A DNA stretch of 45,778 nt from a virus (lineage: Duplodnaviria; Caudoviricetes): positions 1 through 45,778 of the IMG/VR virus record IMGVR_UViG_3300035148_000140; one strand, given 5' to 3'. Shown here piece by piece: positions 45,624 through 45,778 of this stretch. How positions within the stretch are numbered: the stretch's first letter is position 1; every line of letters starts with the position of its first letter. The position numbers and the translations under genes were made by a program. Under the pieces are notes generated by a model that worked only from the letters and a program-made list of their open reading frames with translations, was not told the origin of the DNA and made no database searches.

Positions 45624-45778
45624 CCCGCTCCATCGTCCCACTCGCCAACATCGACCGTCGCATGCCCGAGGCTGGACGCATCCGCCTCGGCGTCAAGCAG
45701 GGCAACCGGCCCACCTCGATCGACACCTTCCGGTTCACCTCGCCCTACGAGGACGTGATCGAAGGGCTGGCTGCCATC
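45620..45778 (+). CDS. 5' part of Gp3-like (recombination directionality factor-like) protein; continues at 1..921
   Basis: ATG at 45620 (ATGA overlap, GGAG upstream); MTRSIVPLANIDRRMPEAGRIRLGVKQGNRPTSIDTFRFTS contains the GRIRxG...FRxTS N-terminus typical of this family. Confidence 0.8.
   Translation, partial: MTRSIVPLANIDRRMPEAGRIRLGVKQGNRPTSIDTFRFTSPYEDVIEGLAAI
45722..45778. repeat. 57-nt exact overlap with positions 1-57 (circular assembly / terminal redundancy)
   Basis: gacaccttccggttcacc...ggctgccatc is identical at both ends; the ORF starting at 45620 reads through the join in frame. Confidence 0.97.

Noticed and set aside
45435-45630. CCCATGACCCGCTC at two consecutive gene starts
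   Set aside because: Short and largely explained by ATGA coupling plus common codons; no further support
45722-45778. 57-bp end repeat as a biological terminal repeat or att site
   Set aside because: It falls mid-gene and is best explained as assembler overlap

Overview
The window is an apparently complete, circularly assembled, high-GC tailed phage genome of about 45.7 kb: the last 57 nt (45722-45778) repeat nt 1-57 and one gene spans the join. The host is inferred to be an actinomycete, possibly Acidimicrobiia, from the SSB, the amidase and TANNNT leaderless promoters. The minus strand (32178 down to 2651) carries a podovirus-like late module: HTH-fused TerL, portal, a 2641-aa putative ejection protein plus three smaller ones, scaffold, SU10/DUF5309-type capsid, adaptor, nozzle and collar/collagen fibres. 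An amidase-holin cassette sits inverted inside this module. The plus strand (33054 around to 2644) carries early genes: SSB, HNH, ArdC, Cas4-like nuclease, ParB-like, Gp3-like, a transglycosylase-like protein, RusA-like, HTH proteins and many Cys/His-rich miniproteins. I recognise no DNA polymerase, primase, helicase, Rep, ParA or integrase. The most notable unexplained signals are: (1) a 400-520 nt, apparently promoter-driven, heavily base-paired non-coding element at about 32235-32760, with repeats and an AT-rich box; (2) a second hairpin-rich tract sharing an AAACCCC loop with it; (3) two dispersed DNA motifs, the polar CCANTGGCCCAT-N5-GTTRCG (6 copies, all on +) and the palindromic TGTTGCAAC(A) (6 copies), which force rare codons where they fall in genes. 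All protein family calls come from reading motifs by eye; no searches were run.
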